A DNA stretch of 62,593 nt from Actinomycetota bacterium (GTDB taxonomy: Bacteria; Actinomycetota; UBA4738; HRBIN12), in assembly GCA_046724395.1 (NCBI GenBank), contig JBKOWM010000002.1, positions 1 to 62,593 of the forward strand. The letters run 5' to 3'. The position numbers were made by a program, and so were the translations under genes. The notes under the pieces were generated by a model, which searched no databases, was not told where the DNA came from, and was given only the letters and a program-made list of their open reading frames with translations. Below are positions 31,679-41,137 of the stretch, piece by piece (the first letter of the stretch is position 1; the number at the start of each line of letters is the position of its first letter).

Positions 31679-33868
31679 TCAGACGGCGTGCAGCCGGCCG
31701 TGGGCCGACGCCGCCGCCGGGGACGATCTCGCCTCCGGCGAGGCGAGCAGCGGAGAACCGCCGCGCTCCTCGATCCATCGGGTCATCTCGGCGGCGGGCA
31801 GGGGGACCGAGACCTGAAAGCCCTGCGCGGTGTCGCACCGGATCCGGGCAAGCGCCTCCAGCGTCGCCTGGTCCTCGACGCCCTCGGCCACGACGCGGAG
31901 ACCGAGGTTGCGGCCGAGCTCGACCGTCGCCGACACGATCATTGCGTCGTTGGGATCCTCGCGCATGTGCTCGACGAACGAGCGGTCGATCTTGATCTCC
32001 TGCAGGGGAAGCCGCTTGAGGTGCGACATCGACGAGTAGCCGGTGCCGAAATCGTCGATCGACAGCCGGACGCCGATGCCGGACAGACGGCCCATCACGC
32101 CGATCGACCGTCCCGACTCCGCCATGAGGAAGCTCTCGGTCAGCTCCAGCGTGAGCCGGGACGGCGCGACGTCCCACCGTGCGAGCAGCTCGCCCACGAG
32201 GTCCGGGAGCTGCGGATCGAGCAGGCTCCGAGCGGAGAGATTGACGGCGACCTCCAGAGGCAGGCCCTGCCGCTCCCACTGATGCGATTGGCGCAGCGCT
32301 TCGTTGATGACGAAGAGCGTGAGGGGCTTCAGGAGCACGGTCCGCTCGACCATCGGGATGAACTCGTCCGGCATGACGAGTCCGCGCTCGGGGTGGTGCC
32401 AGCGAAGGAGCGCCTCGACGCCCTCGACCTTCCCATCGGAAAGGCGAACCTTCGGTTGGTAGTGCGGGGCGAACTCGCGGCTCTCGATCGCCGGCCGCAC
32501 CTGCGCGATGAGCGTGAGTCGCCCGGGGCTATTGCGATCGAGCGCCGGCGTGTACAACTCGTAGCCGCCACCGGACTCTTTCGCGGCGTACATCGCAACG
32601 TCGGCGCGACGCAGTAACGTCTCCACGTCGTCGCTGTGCGTCGGATACAGGGCGATTCCGATGCTTCCCGACACGTCGAGCTGCAACGTGTCGACGGCGA
32701 TCGGGCGCCCGAGTTCCTCGAGGATCCGTTCGGCAATCCGGATGGCCGCAGCCTCGTCATCGAGGTTCGGAAGCACGATGCCGAACTCGTCGCCTCCCAG
32801 TCGGGCCATCAGATCCTCGGCGCGAAGCGTACCGGCCAGCCGCGGCCCGATCTGCTGAAGCAGCAGGTCGCCAAAGTGATGGCCCAGCGTGTCGTTGATC
32901 TCCTTGAAATGATCGAGGTCGATCAGCAACACCGCCACCAGTGTGGAGTGGATGTTCGCGTCGACCGTCTCCCGAAGTTTCTGCTGGAACAACGCGCGGT
33001 TGGGCAGGTCCGTCAGCGCGTCGTGGAGCGCCTGGTACTCGTTCTCGCGCTGCCGTGCCGCGAGCTCCTCCGTGGCCACCTGGAGCGACTGTGTTCGTGT
33101 GAACATCTGACGCGCGAACGCGAGCGGCGCGATGAACACCGCGATCGACCAGAAGCCGATATCGACGAACGTCGTCGCGACCATGACGGCGAACAATGCG
33201 AGTCCCATGTAGCTGAGGACGAACTCGCCGAATACGCCGACGTGCATCTCGCGCAGGATCGCTAGGGTGTGCTCGCCGCTGCGGAGGTGGAAGTACCACG
33301 CGACGAGCAGGACGTTCACGGCGTAGCCGACGACCGCCGCGAGCAGCACCGCGGCGGCCAGTTGCGGGAACGGTGACCTCGGCTGGACCTCGATTCGCAT
33401 CGCGTTGAAGACCAAACTCTCGAAGATCACGGACAAGGCGAGCTGCGCCCGGTTGAACAAACTTTGCATCACCGGAATCTCGCGGCGAAGCTCGCGCCAG
33501 TCGCTCGAGCCGAGGAAGGCGACCGCCCCCGCGACGGGCGTCGGGTAGATGAGTGCAACGGAGAGCTGCAGAGGGAAGCTCAGGCTGAACGGGAACCCGA
33601 TGGACGTGTCGATCGAGAGCAGGTCGACGACGGCGATCGCCGCGATCCAGGCCACGAGAAGAAGGCCCGCTTTCTCATCCGTCAGAAACTCGCCGGGATG
33701 CAACCGCAGCTGGATGCCGAGATACAGCACAAGCGGAAAGACCGTCGCCGCCTCGTAGAGCCGCAGGCGGAGGCTTCGGCGGGGTCCTTTCGAGGCGGAT
33801 TGGTCGCGGACGTCGGTCGAGCGGCGGCGCTCGCTCCCGCGGCGCCCTTGGCGGCGACGCTGGCTCAC
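31679..33868 (-). CDS. Polytopic membrane sensor fused to GGDEF and EAL domains (c-di-GMP cyclase/phosphodiesterase)
   Basis: Multi-TM N-terminus. Intact RLGGDEFGIVL. EAL signatures GVEALLRWHHP, IDDFGTGYSSMSHL, IKIDRSFV and VAEGVED. GTG at 33866-33868 overlaps the upstream gene's TGA (GTGA). Confidence 0.9.
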   Translation of the reverse strand: MSQRRRQGRRGSERRRSTDVRDQSASKGPRRSLRLRLYEAATVFPLVLYLGIQLRLHPGEFLTDEKAGLLLVAWIAAIAVVDLLSIDTSIGFPFSLSFPLQLSVALIYPTPVAGAVAFLGSSDWRELRREIPVMQSLFNRAQLALSVIFESLVFNAMRIEVQPRSPFPQLAAAVLLAAVVGYAVNVLLVAWYFHLRSGEHTLAILREMHVGVFGEFVLSYMGLALFAVMVATTFVDIGFWSIAVFIAPLAFARQMFTRTQSLQVATEELAARQRENEYQALHDALTDLPNRALFQQKLRETVDANIHSTLVAVLLIDLDHFKEINDTLGHHFGDLLLQQIGPRLAGTLRAEDLMARLGGDEFGIVLPNLDDEAAAIRIAERILEELGRPIAVDTLQLDVSGSIGIALYPTHSDDVETLLRRADVAMYAAKESGGGYELYTPALDRNSPGRLTLIAQVRPAIESREFAPHYQPKVRLSDGKVEGVEALLRWHHPERGLVMPDEFIPMVERTVLLKPLTLFVINEALRQSHQWERQGLPLEVAVNLSARSLLDPQLPDLVGELLARWDVAPSRLTLELTESFLMAESGRSIGVMGRLSGIGVRLSIDDFGTGYSSMSHLKRLPLQEIKIDRSFVEHMREDPNDAMIVSATVELGRNLGLRVVAEGVEDQATLEALARIRCDTAQGFQVSVPLPAAEMTRWIEERGGSPLLASPEARSSPAAASAHGRLHAV

Positions 33869-34428
33869 GCGACGCCCTCTGAGAGGGTCGCGTCGGCGAC
33901 GGTTCGCCGGTGCCGGCGCATCCCGGCGACGATGAGCCAGACGACGCCCGTGTAGGCCAGGATGTCGCCCAGGCTCACGACGAGATCCAGCGGCGGAACG
34001 GGGATGACATCCGCCAGGAACATCAGCCGGTCGTCGGGCCCGGCAAGGTGGTGCTTCGCGCCGGGCCGCTCCGTCAAGATGGGGAGCGTCTCCTCTTGGT
34101 GCGAGGCGACGAGAGCCTCGGGCGTGACGGGCATTCCTTGATTCACCGCGATAACGGTGAAGTTCATCAGGATGCCGATGAGGATCAGTGCGAATCCAGG
34201 CACGCGCTCTCGAAGGTTCGCGACGGCGAATGCGAGCAAGATGCCGTACGACACGAACACCATTAGCAGCGGAAGGGCTTGTCCGGGCCATGGGATCAGC
34301 TGGATGGCGAGGCCGAGGAGCGCAGCCGGAGTCCATCGAACCCTAAGCGACGACAGTGCCGAGACGCGGCCGCCAACGAGAAAACCAAGGAGGGCGGCGA
34401 AGACAAGCGTCGCGAGGATGAGCTTCAT
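33865..34428 (-). CDS. Integral membrane protein, DUF5317-like
   Basis: MKLILATLVFAALLGFLVGGRVSALSSLRVRWTPAALLGLAIQLI... with four or five hydrophobic helices. The family call is from memory of DUF5317 N-termini. ATG at 34426-34428 chosen. Confidence 0.7.
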   Translation of the reverse strand: MKLILATLVFAALLGFLVGGRVSALSSLRVRWTPAALLGLAIQLIPWPGQALPLLMVFVSYGILLAFAVANLRERVPGFALILIGILMNFTVIAVNQGMPVTPEALVASHQEETLPILTERPGAKHHLAGPDDRLMFLADVIPVPPLDLVVSLGDILAYTGVVWLIVAGMRRHRRTVADATLSEGVA

Positions 34429-34473
34429 GGGGTGGAAACGTGGCTCGCCTCCCACGAGCCCGTCGGCGCGTCA

Positions 34474-34510
34474 GCCGACCCCGGGAACCGGTGCTGCCCG
34501 CGGGGTCGGC
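34474..34510 (-). terminator. Perfect 10-bp inverted repeat (GCCGACCCCG / CGGGGTCGGC, 17-nt loop) 18 nt downstream of the mini-ORF pair
   Basis: Arms are 34474-34483 and 34501-34510, read directly. There is no U-tract, so function as a terminator or attenuator is inferred only. Confidence 0.35.
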
Positions 34511-34528
34511 CGATGTTGACGCGCCTTG

Positions 34529-34618
34529 TTAGTCGAACACCTTCCAGCTGGCCCCGAGGGCCATGACGAGGGCGCTCAGCCAGCCGAGGGCGTACAGAGT
34601 ACGTCGCACTCGCTGCAC
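34529..34618 (-). CDS. 29-aa hydrophobic mini-protein (paralog A)
   Basis: AGGAGGAACGCC-GTG. Hand translation MQRVRRTLYALGWLSALVMALGASWKVFD. 25 of 29 codons end in G/C. Shares M-A-x-G-A-x-W-K-V with the ORF 18 nt upstream. Confidence 0.4.
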   Translation of the reverse strand: MQRVRRTLYALGWLSALVMALGASWKVFD

Positions 34619-34636
34619 GGCGTTCCTCCTTTCCCC

Positions 34637-34723
34637 TCAGACTTTCCACTTTGCGCCAGCCGCCATGAGCATCGTGGCGAGCCCGGCACCGGAGATCAGG
34701 ATGCGGACGAACTTCGCTCGCAT
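34637..34723 (-). CDS. 28-aa hydrophobic mini-protein (paralog B)
   Basis: AAGGAGGTGATGCG-ATG. Hand translation MRAKFVRILISGAGLATMLMAAGAKWKV. 24 of 28 codons end in G/C. Basic N-terminus, one helix, GAKWKV tail. Confidence 0.45.
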   Translation of the reverse strand: MRAKFVRILISGAGLATMLMAAGAKWKV

Positions 34724-34857
34724 CGCATCACCTCCTTGGCCGCAATTCTCGACGTCGGTCGCCCGGCGTACATCGGTCAACGGGGCACATGTCCGTCGAG
34801 AGAGGGCGATCATCGGCCTCCCCCGCTGCGGGCCGGGGAATAGTCCGATTGACCTAT

Positions 34858-35442
34858 CTACTCCCTCGGACCGGAGCGGTTGTATCGGTCCTGCGCGGAG
34901 GCGAGTCCGTCTCGAACGAGCGACACGAGGGCGTCGGCAGCGTCGTCGACCAACAACGCGACGTCGGGCTCGAGCCGCTTCGGGAACGGCTCGAGGACGA
35001 AGTCGATCGGATCCTGTCTGCCGGGCGGCCGCCCGATCCCCAGACGTATCCGGTAGAACGCGGGGGTGCGAAGGGCCCGGACGAGTGAGTCGAGGCCGTG
35101 GTTGCCTGCCGTCGAGCCTCCAAACTTGAGACGCAGCGAGCCGAAGGCCAGATCGAGGTCGTCATGCACCGCGATCAGATGTCCGGCGTCGATGTCCCGC
35201 TTGCGAGCCAGCGAGGCGTACACCTCCCCGGCCTCGTTGTAGAACCGATGCGACCTTCCGAGCAGCAGTCGTTCCCCGTCGACGTTCACCTCCGCGAGGT
35301 CCAACGGGACGAACCGCGCCTTCCTGAACCGGTCTCCCGTCCGACGCGCCAGCTCCTCGACCACGCGATGGCCGAGGTTGTGCCGGGTGGCTGCGTAGCG
35401 CTCTCCGGGATTCCCGAGGCCGGCAACGAGCCAGGTCGTCAC
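34858..35442 (-). CDS. pth: Peptidyl-tRNA hydrolase
   Basis: [45 protein letters not shown]-type motifs. 194 aa. Confidence 0.95.
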   Translation of the reverse strand: [194 protein letters not shown]

Positions 35443-35496
35443 CGCGGCGTGGAGCGCGCGGCGAGTCGGCGGTCGGCGGCCACCGCCACGGCGGCG

Positions 35497-36156
35497 CTAC
35501 TCCTCGGACTGATCGGCTGCGTTCTCCGCTTCCTCGGCGGTCGCGCCGGCGGCCTCCTCGACCGCAGCCTCGCCTTCGGCGGCTTCCTCCTCGACCTCGC
35601 GCGCCTGCGGCGGAACGACCGACGCGATCGTCTCCTCGGCGGGCGTGAGGACCGTGATCGCATCGGGGACGACGAGGTCGGAGACACGGAGCGTGTCGTT
35701 CACGTTCAGCGCTGCGATGTCCGCCTCGATCGCGTCGGGCAGATCCTGCGGCAGGCTCTCGACCCTCAGGTCCCACAGATGGTGCTCGAGCACGCCGCCG
35801 GCCTTGACGCCGGCGGATTCGCCGATGAGATGCACCGGAACGTCGACGGTGACCTTCTCGTCCCGGCGGACCTCGAGGAAGTCGACGTGGAGGTACTGCC
35901 CCCGAACGTGATCGCGCTGCACCTCGCGCGGCATCGCCATCGTCTTCTTGCCGTCGACGACCAGGTCGATGAGAACGTTGCCGCCGGCGGCGCCGTGCAG
36001 CAGGTGGAAGAGATCCTTGGCGTCGACCGACAGCGAGCGCGCGGCCTTACCGTGCCCATACAGCACGGCGGGAACTCGGCCGGAGGCCCGGAGCTTGCGC
36101 GCGACGCCCTTGCCCGCCCCGTCTCGTGGCTCGGCTCTCAGCTGCTGATCGGCCAT
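35497..36156 (-). CDS. rplY: 50S ribosomal protein L25 / general stress protein Ctc
   Basis: KLRASGRVPAVLYGHGK...VQRDHVRGQYLHVDFLEV, with an acidic tail. ATG at 36154-36156. The upstream ORF-track extension was rejected. Confidence 0.93.
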   Translation of the reverse strand: MADQQLRAEPRDGAGKGVARKLRASGRVPAVLYGHGKAARSLSVDAKDLFHLLHGAAGGNVLIDLVVDGKKTMAMPREVQRDHVRGQYLHVDFLEVRRDEKVTVDVPVHLIGESAGVKAGGVLEHHLWDLRVESLPQDLPDAIEADIAALNVNDTLRVSDLVVPDAITVLTPAEETIASVVPPQAREVEEEAAEGEAAVEEAAGATAEEAENAADQSEE

Positions 36157-36417
36157 GCTTCGTCCCTTTCCGTCTCGTTCGCTTGTCGCTCCATATGGTC
36201 GTGAGCCACGACAGCCGTCGAGGAACGACTCGAGCACCGATCGTACCAATGACCTGCGCGAACCGCCGTGATGGCTACCCTCTGAGCCGGGGAATGAGCC
36301 GGCAGAAACCAAGCCCGAGCCGGCGGTCCGGCGATCGCCATAACTCGAGTGCTTGTTTCGCATGCGATGTGACGGATCTCACAGAACCCCGAACGACCGT
36401 TCGGTACCGTCGGCTAC

Positions 36418-37517
36418 ATGAGCACGCTTCGGTCGATTCTGGATGAGCTTCGGGCCCGCGAGGTCGAACGCTTGTCGGACGACGAGCTTCACGAGGAGAT
36501 CGTCGAGCTCGAGCGCGCATCGCGTGTCCTCGAGGCCGAACGAGCGCGGGGCGTTTGGGAGGCCGATCGCCGGCGCTCCTACGCCCTCGACGGCCACCTC
36601 TCGATGACGGCGTGGCTGCGGCAACGGCTCGGGATCGCTGGGTCGGCCGCCGCAGAGCACGTCCGGATGGGACGCGCGCTCGGATCGATGCCCGGCGCGC
36701 GTGAGGCGTTCGCGGACGGGCAGATCTCGACTGCGGCGCTGTCGTTATTGATCGGTGCGCGCGACGCCGATCCCGAGCAGTACGTCCGCTCCGAGGAAAT
36801 GCTTGTCGATCTCTCGCGGACGCTGCCGGTTCGCGACCTGCAAAGCGCCTTGGAGCGCTGACGACTCCTCGCCGACGCCGCGTACGAAGATGCTGCCGCC
36901 GAGCGGGGCTTCCAACGGCGCGGCCTGCATGTGTCCCCGACGCTCGACGGGATGGTCCGCGTCGACGGCGAGCTCGATCCGGAAACGGGGCAGACCGTCG
37001 TGTCCGCGCTCCGGTCCCTGCAGGACGGATGGACGCGATCGAGCGACTGGATCTGGCGGCGCTCGAAGGACGCGTCGGGCGCCGCTGCGGCCTCGACGAC
37101 GCCAGACGCATCACGCCTGAGGCCGCTCGCCGCATCGCGTGCGACGCCGCCGTCAGCCGCGTGATCATCGGACCGCGCTCGGAGCCGCTCGACGTCGGGC
37201 GTCGCACACCGGTCGTGCCGCCCGCGCTTCGGCGCGCCGTCATCGTCCGCGATGGCGGCTGTCGGTTCCCCGGATGCGATCGTCCGCAGGCCTGGTGCGA
37301 CGCGCACCACGTCGTTCACTGGGCCGACGGCGGCGCGACGTCGCTTGCGAACCTCGTGCTGCTCTGCCGGCCGCACCACCGACTGGTCCACCAACGCTTC
37401 CGCGTCGAGGCGGTGGGCGAGGGATTCGTCTTCCGTCGGTTCGACGGGACGGCGCTCGATGATCGGGCGCCGCCGTGGCGCGCCGGACGCGCTGGAACGC
37501 AGAGGGACGCCGCCTGA
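36418..37517 (+). pseudogene. Degraded DUF222-HNH endonuclease gene (mycobacterial 13E12-repeat type)
   Basis: DUF222-like N-terminus ends at an in-frame TGA (36859-36861). Homology continues in the same frame (RRGLHVSPTLDGMVRVDGELDPETG). It then shifts frame near 37020-37030 into ARRIACDAAVSRV...SEPLDVGRR...CRFPGCDRPQAWCDAHHVVHW...LLCRPHH. The RTxAQRRADAL-type segment that I recall lying between these blocks in intact DUF222 proteins appears to be missing. Confidence 0.65.
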
Positions 37518-37547
37518 CGGCACGTGACGGCGGCTGACGGCGAGACG

Positions 37548-38528
37548 CTACAACTGGTTGTCGCCGCGGAAGATTTCGCTGACGCTCGTGTCTTCGAACA
37601 CAGCGCGAAGGGCCGAGGCGATCAGCGGCGCGATCGACAGCACCTTGAGCCGGCCGAAGTGCTTCTCCTCGGGAATCGGCAACGTGTTCGTTACTACGAC
37701 CTCCTGGATCGGCGACTCCTCGAGGAGCTGGACCGCCTTGCCCGACAAGATGGGGTGCGTCGCCGCCGCGAAGATGGGGCCGGCGCCCTGCTGGGCGAGC
37801 GCGATCGCGCCCTTCGCCACGGTGCCCGCCGTGTCGATCATGTCGTCGACGAGCACGCACGGGCGGCCGTCGACCTCACCGACGACGGCCATTTCCTCGA
37901 TCTTGTTCGCCTCGTATCGCGAGCGCCGCTTGTACAGGAACGCCAGGTTCGCGTGGAGATACTCGCGGAGGCGCTCGGCGGTCTTGATGCGGCCGGCGTC
38001 CGGCGCGACGACGACGAGATCGCCGTCGAACAGCCCGAGCTCGTTCGAGATGTAGTCCGACAGGATCGGGAGCGCCGTCAGGTGGTCGAATGGAAAGTCG
38101 AAGTATCCCTGGATCTGGCCGCTGTGGAGGTCGACGGACACGACGCGATCTGCACCGGCCACGGAGATCATGTCGGCCAAGAGCTTGGCCGAGATCGGCT
38201 CGCGAGCAAGACCCTTTTTGTCCTGTCGTGAGTAGCCGTAATACGGGATCACGGCGGTGATTCGCTTGGCCGACGCGCGCTTCATCGCGTCGATCATCAC
38301 GAGCTGTTCCATGATTGCCTCGTTCACGGGTTCGCCGTGCGTCTGCACGACGAACACGTCGCACCCGCGGACGCTTTCCTGGGATCGGAAGTACGTCTCG
38401 CTGGACGCGAACCGGCTCAGGACTGCCGGCGCCACCTGAATCCCGAGGTGCTCACAGATCTCTGTTGCAAGCTCCGGGTGCGTGCCACCGGAGAACAGCA
38501 GCATCTTCTTCCTCGTGACGATCTCCAC
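37548..38528 (-). CDS. prs: Ribose-phosphate pyrophosphokinase
   Basis: LLFSGGTHPELATEI, VVVAPDAGR, VLVDDMIDTAGT. GTG start immediately follows the glmU TGA. Confidence 0.97.
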   Translation of the reverse strand: MEIVTRKKMLLFSGGTHPELATEICEHLGIQVAPAVLSRFASSETYFRSQESVRGCDVFVVQTHGEPVNEAIMEQLVMIDAMKRASAKRITAVIPYYGYSRQDKKGLAREPISAKLLADMISVAGADRVVSVDLHSGQIQGYFDFPFDHLTALPILSDYISNELGLFDGDLVVVAPDAGRIKTAERLREYLHANLAFLYKRRSRYEANKIEEMAVVGEVDGRPCVLVDDMIDTAGTVAKGAIALAQQGAGPIFAAATHPILSGKAVQLLEESPIQEVVVTNTLPIPEEKHFGRLKVLSIAPLIASALRAVFEDTSVSEIFRGDNQL

Positions 38529-40046
38529 TCAGCGCGCCCCCTCGTGCGTGCCCTTCCCCCGTGAGTTCCCCGCCGAGCGCCCGCGCTTGGTGGCCGAGCG
38601 GCGCTCCGCCTTTCCCGTACCGCCCCCCGCCTTTGAACCTGCCGCGTGCTCGGCGTCCTTGCGCTCGCGGTACCCCTTCACGACGCGCTGTTCGGAGCGC
38701 TCGACCGCGAGCGCGCCGGGTGGAACGTCCTTGGTGATCACCGACCCCGCGCCGGTCGATGCTCCCCGGCCGACCCGGACCGGCGCCACGAGCATGGTAT
38801 CGGAGCCGACCTTGGCCTCGTCCTCGATGACGGTCTCGTACTTGCGATAGCCGTCGTAGTTGACGGTGACCGTCCCAGCGCCGAGGTTCGCCCGCCGCCC
38901 GACCCGTGCGTTGCCGACGTAACTCAGGTGCTTGGCCTTGGCCCCCTCGCCGATCGTCGAATCCTTCACCTCGACGAAGTTCCCCACGACGCTCCCGTCC
39001 CTCAGGACGGAATCTCGCCGAAGGTGCGCGAAGGGCCCGACCGTCACGCGGTTGCCGATGCGCGCCGCCTCGATCACCGAGAACTCGACGGTGGCCTCGG
39101 CGCCGATCCGCGAGTCGACGATTCGCGTCGAGGGGCCGATCGTCGAACCCCTTCCGATCGACGTCGAACCCTCCAGCAGCGTGCTGGGCAGGATCGTCGT
39201 ATCGCCACCGATCCGCACATCCACATCGATATACGTCGTCGAGGGGTCGACGATCGTGACGCCGTTCGCCATGTGCTCCTCGTTGACACGTCGACGCACG
39301 AGCGCCCCGAGCCGCGCAAGGTCCGCACGCGAGTTCGGGCCCATCATGCCGCCCGTGTCGACCTTGACGGCCGAGATTCGCTCGCCCTTGTCGATGAGGA
39401 TCGAGAAGACGGCGTTCAGGTAGTACTCCGCCTGCGTGTTCTCGCGACCTACGAGCGGGAGCGCCTTGTAAAGGTCGTCGCGTCGGAACGCGAACACCAG
39501 GGCCGAGACCTCGTGTCGCTCGAGAAGCTCGCGCGGCGCGTCGGTTCCCTCCACGATCTCGACGAGCCTGTTGCCGTCGCGGACGATCCGTCCGTACCCG
39601 CCCGGTTCTTCGACGTCCGCCGTGAGGATCGACGCGGCCGATCCGGTGCGACGGTGCATCCTTAGGAGTGTGCGGACGTCGGTCTGTGAGACCGGGTCGA
39701 AGTCGCCCCCGACGACGAGCACGTCGTCCATTCTGTTCACGGCGCGCTCGGCAGCGAGCACGGCATGGCCCGTGCCGAGAGGCTCGTGCTGCCGGACGAA
39801 CATCGTCTCCACCCGAAGACCCCACGAGCCGACCTCGTGTTCCACGCGGTCGCCTCCGGCGCCGAGGACGAACACGAGGCGGGCAGGCTTGGCCGCGAGT
39901 GCGTTGCGGACGGCGTGCCAGAGGAGCGGCCGCCCCGCGACGGGGTGCAGCACCTTCGGCACGCTCGACTTGAGGCGCTTGCCTTTGCCGGCCGCAAGGA
40001 CGACGGCGGCGATGGACCGGGCGCTCGACTTGGAGGACACGTACAT
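38529..40046 (-). CDS. glmU: Bifunctional GlmU (N-acetylglucosamine-1-phosphate uridyltransferase / glucosamine-1-phosphate acetyltransferase) with a basic C-terminal tail
   Basis: AVVLAAGKGKRLKSSVPKVLHP, left-handed beta-helix hexapeptide repeats. ATG at 40044-40046. The longer ORF-track start would read through tRNA-Gln. Confidence 0.95.
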   Translation of the reverse strand: MYVSSKSSARSIAAVVLAAGKGKRLKSSVPKVLHPVAGRPLLWHAVRNALAAKPARLVFVLGAGGDRVEHEVGSWGLRVETMFVRQHEPLGTGHAVLAAERAVNRMDDVLVVGGDFDPVSQTDVRTLLRMHRRTGSAASILTADVEEPGGYGRIVRDGNRLVEIVEGTDAPRELLERHEVSALVFAFRRDDLYKALPLVGRENTQAEYYLNAVFSILIDKGERISAVKVDTGGMMGPNSRADLARLGALVRRRVNEEHMANGVTIVDPSTTYIDVDVRIGGDTTILPSTLLEGSTSIGRGSTIGPSTRIVDSRIGAEATVEFSVIEAARIGNRVTVGPFAHLRRDSVLRDGSVVGNFVEVKDSTIGEGAKAKHLSYVGNARVGRRANLGAGTVTVNYDGYRKYETVIEDEAKVGSDTMLVAPVRVGRGASTGAGSVITKDVPPGALAVERSEQRVVKGYRERKDAEHAAGSKAGGGTGKAERRSATKRGRSAGNSRGKGTHEGAR

Positions 40047-40114
40047 CCTTCGGTCGGGGACTTCCTTTGTACCCGCGCAGGCAGCCGCACGGCAAGACGA
40101 CTCCGGGGCCGCCG

Positions 40115-40185
40115 TTCCGGGGGGAGGAATCGAACCTCCATACCGGGCTCCAAAGGCCCGTGTCTTGCCGTTAGACCACCCCGGA
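40115..40185 (-). tRNA. tRNA-Gln, anticodon UUG
   Basis: Reverse complement: acceptor TCCGGGG/CCCCGGA, anticodon stem CGGGC/GCCCG with loop CTTTGGA, T-arm GGAGG-TTCGATT-CCTCC. Folded by eye. Confidence 0.8.
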
Positions 40186-40249
40186 CCGACTCGATGATAA
40201 GGGCCGCGGGTCGAGCCCCTCACCGCTCGCCGGGGGTCGCGATCGGCGG

Positions 40250-41137
40250 CTACCCCGCGGGCGCGGGTCCGGACACCGCGACGGCGCGTTCGAACGCCGC
40301 CACCAGATCACGCGCGTGCGAGCCGTCACGTGCGAGCCCGGCGATCGACGAGCCGCTCCCGCTCATCACGGCGCCGAGGGCACCGGCCTCGACGAGGCGA
40401 CGCTTCATGTCCGCGAGCTCCGGATGGCGTTCGAAGACCGGGCGTTCGAGGTCGTTGAACAACAGTGGGCCGAGGCGTTCGACATCGCCGTGGCGGGCGG
40501 CCTCGAGTTGCTCGCGCGTGTCGGATCGGCTTTCGGGCGAGGTCTCGTCCCACCACCGGTAGGCGTCGGGCGAGCGAACGCCGAACGGCATCGCGACCAC
40601 GATCCACCACAGCTCGGGCACCTCCACGTCCTCGAGCCGGTCCCCTCGTCCGCTGATGAGCACCGGTCCGCGCGCGAGCATCGCCGGCACATCCGAGCCG
40701 ACGTGCGCGCCGATCTCGAGGAGCGTCGTCCGATCGAGCCCGCATTCCCACAGCTCGTTCAGCGCCGAGATCGTCGCGGCGGCATCGGCGCTCCCGCCGC
40801 CGAGGCCGGCCGCGACCGGGATCCGTTTCGCGATCCGGATCTCGGCACCGCGCGATCCGCCACACGACTCGGCGAGCGCGAGCGCGGCGACGAGGGCAAG
40901 GTTCGGCCCGACGGTCGGAATGCCGGTCGCTCCCCCACCGTTCGCCGCGTCCACGACCTCGACGTGCAGACGGGCCGCCGGCGACACCGTGACGTCGTCC
41001 GCCAGCGACAGCGGCACGACGAGGCTCTCGAGCTCGTGGTACCCGTCGTCGCGGCGCGAGATCACCCGGAGGAAGACGTTCAGCTTCGCTCGCGCGCGGC
41101 GACGTACGACGGCGGCGAACCCGACGTCGGTCGTCAC
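40250..41137 (-). CDS. ispE: 4-diphosphocytidyl-2-C-methyl-D-erythritol kinase
   Basis: AKLNVFLRV, KRIPVAAGLGGGSADAAATISALN. GTG overlaps the ksgA TGA (GTGA at 41134-41137). Confidence 0.93.
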   Translation of the reverse strand: MTTDVGFAAVVRRRARAKLNVFLRVISRRDDGYHELESLVVPLSLADDVTVSPAARLHVEVVDAANGGGATGIPTVGPNLALVAALALAESCGGSRGAEIRIAKRIPVAAGLGGGSADAAATISALNELWECGLDRTTLLEIGAHVGSDVPAMLARGPVLISGRGDRLEDVEVPELWWIVVAMPFGVRSPDAYRWWDETSPESRSDTREQLEAARHGDVERLGPLLFNDLERPVFERHPELADMKRRLVEAGALGAVMSGSGSSIAGLARDGSHARDLVAAFERAVAVSGPAPAG

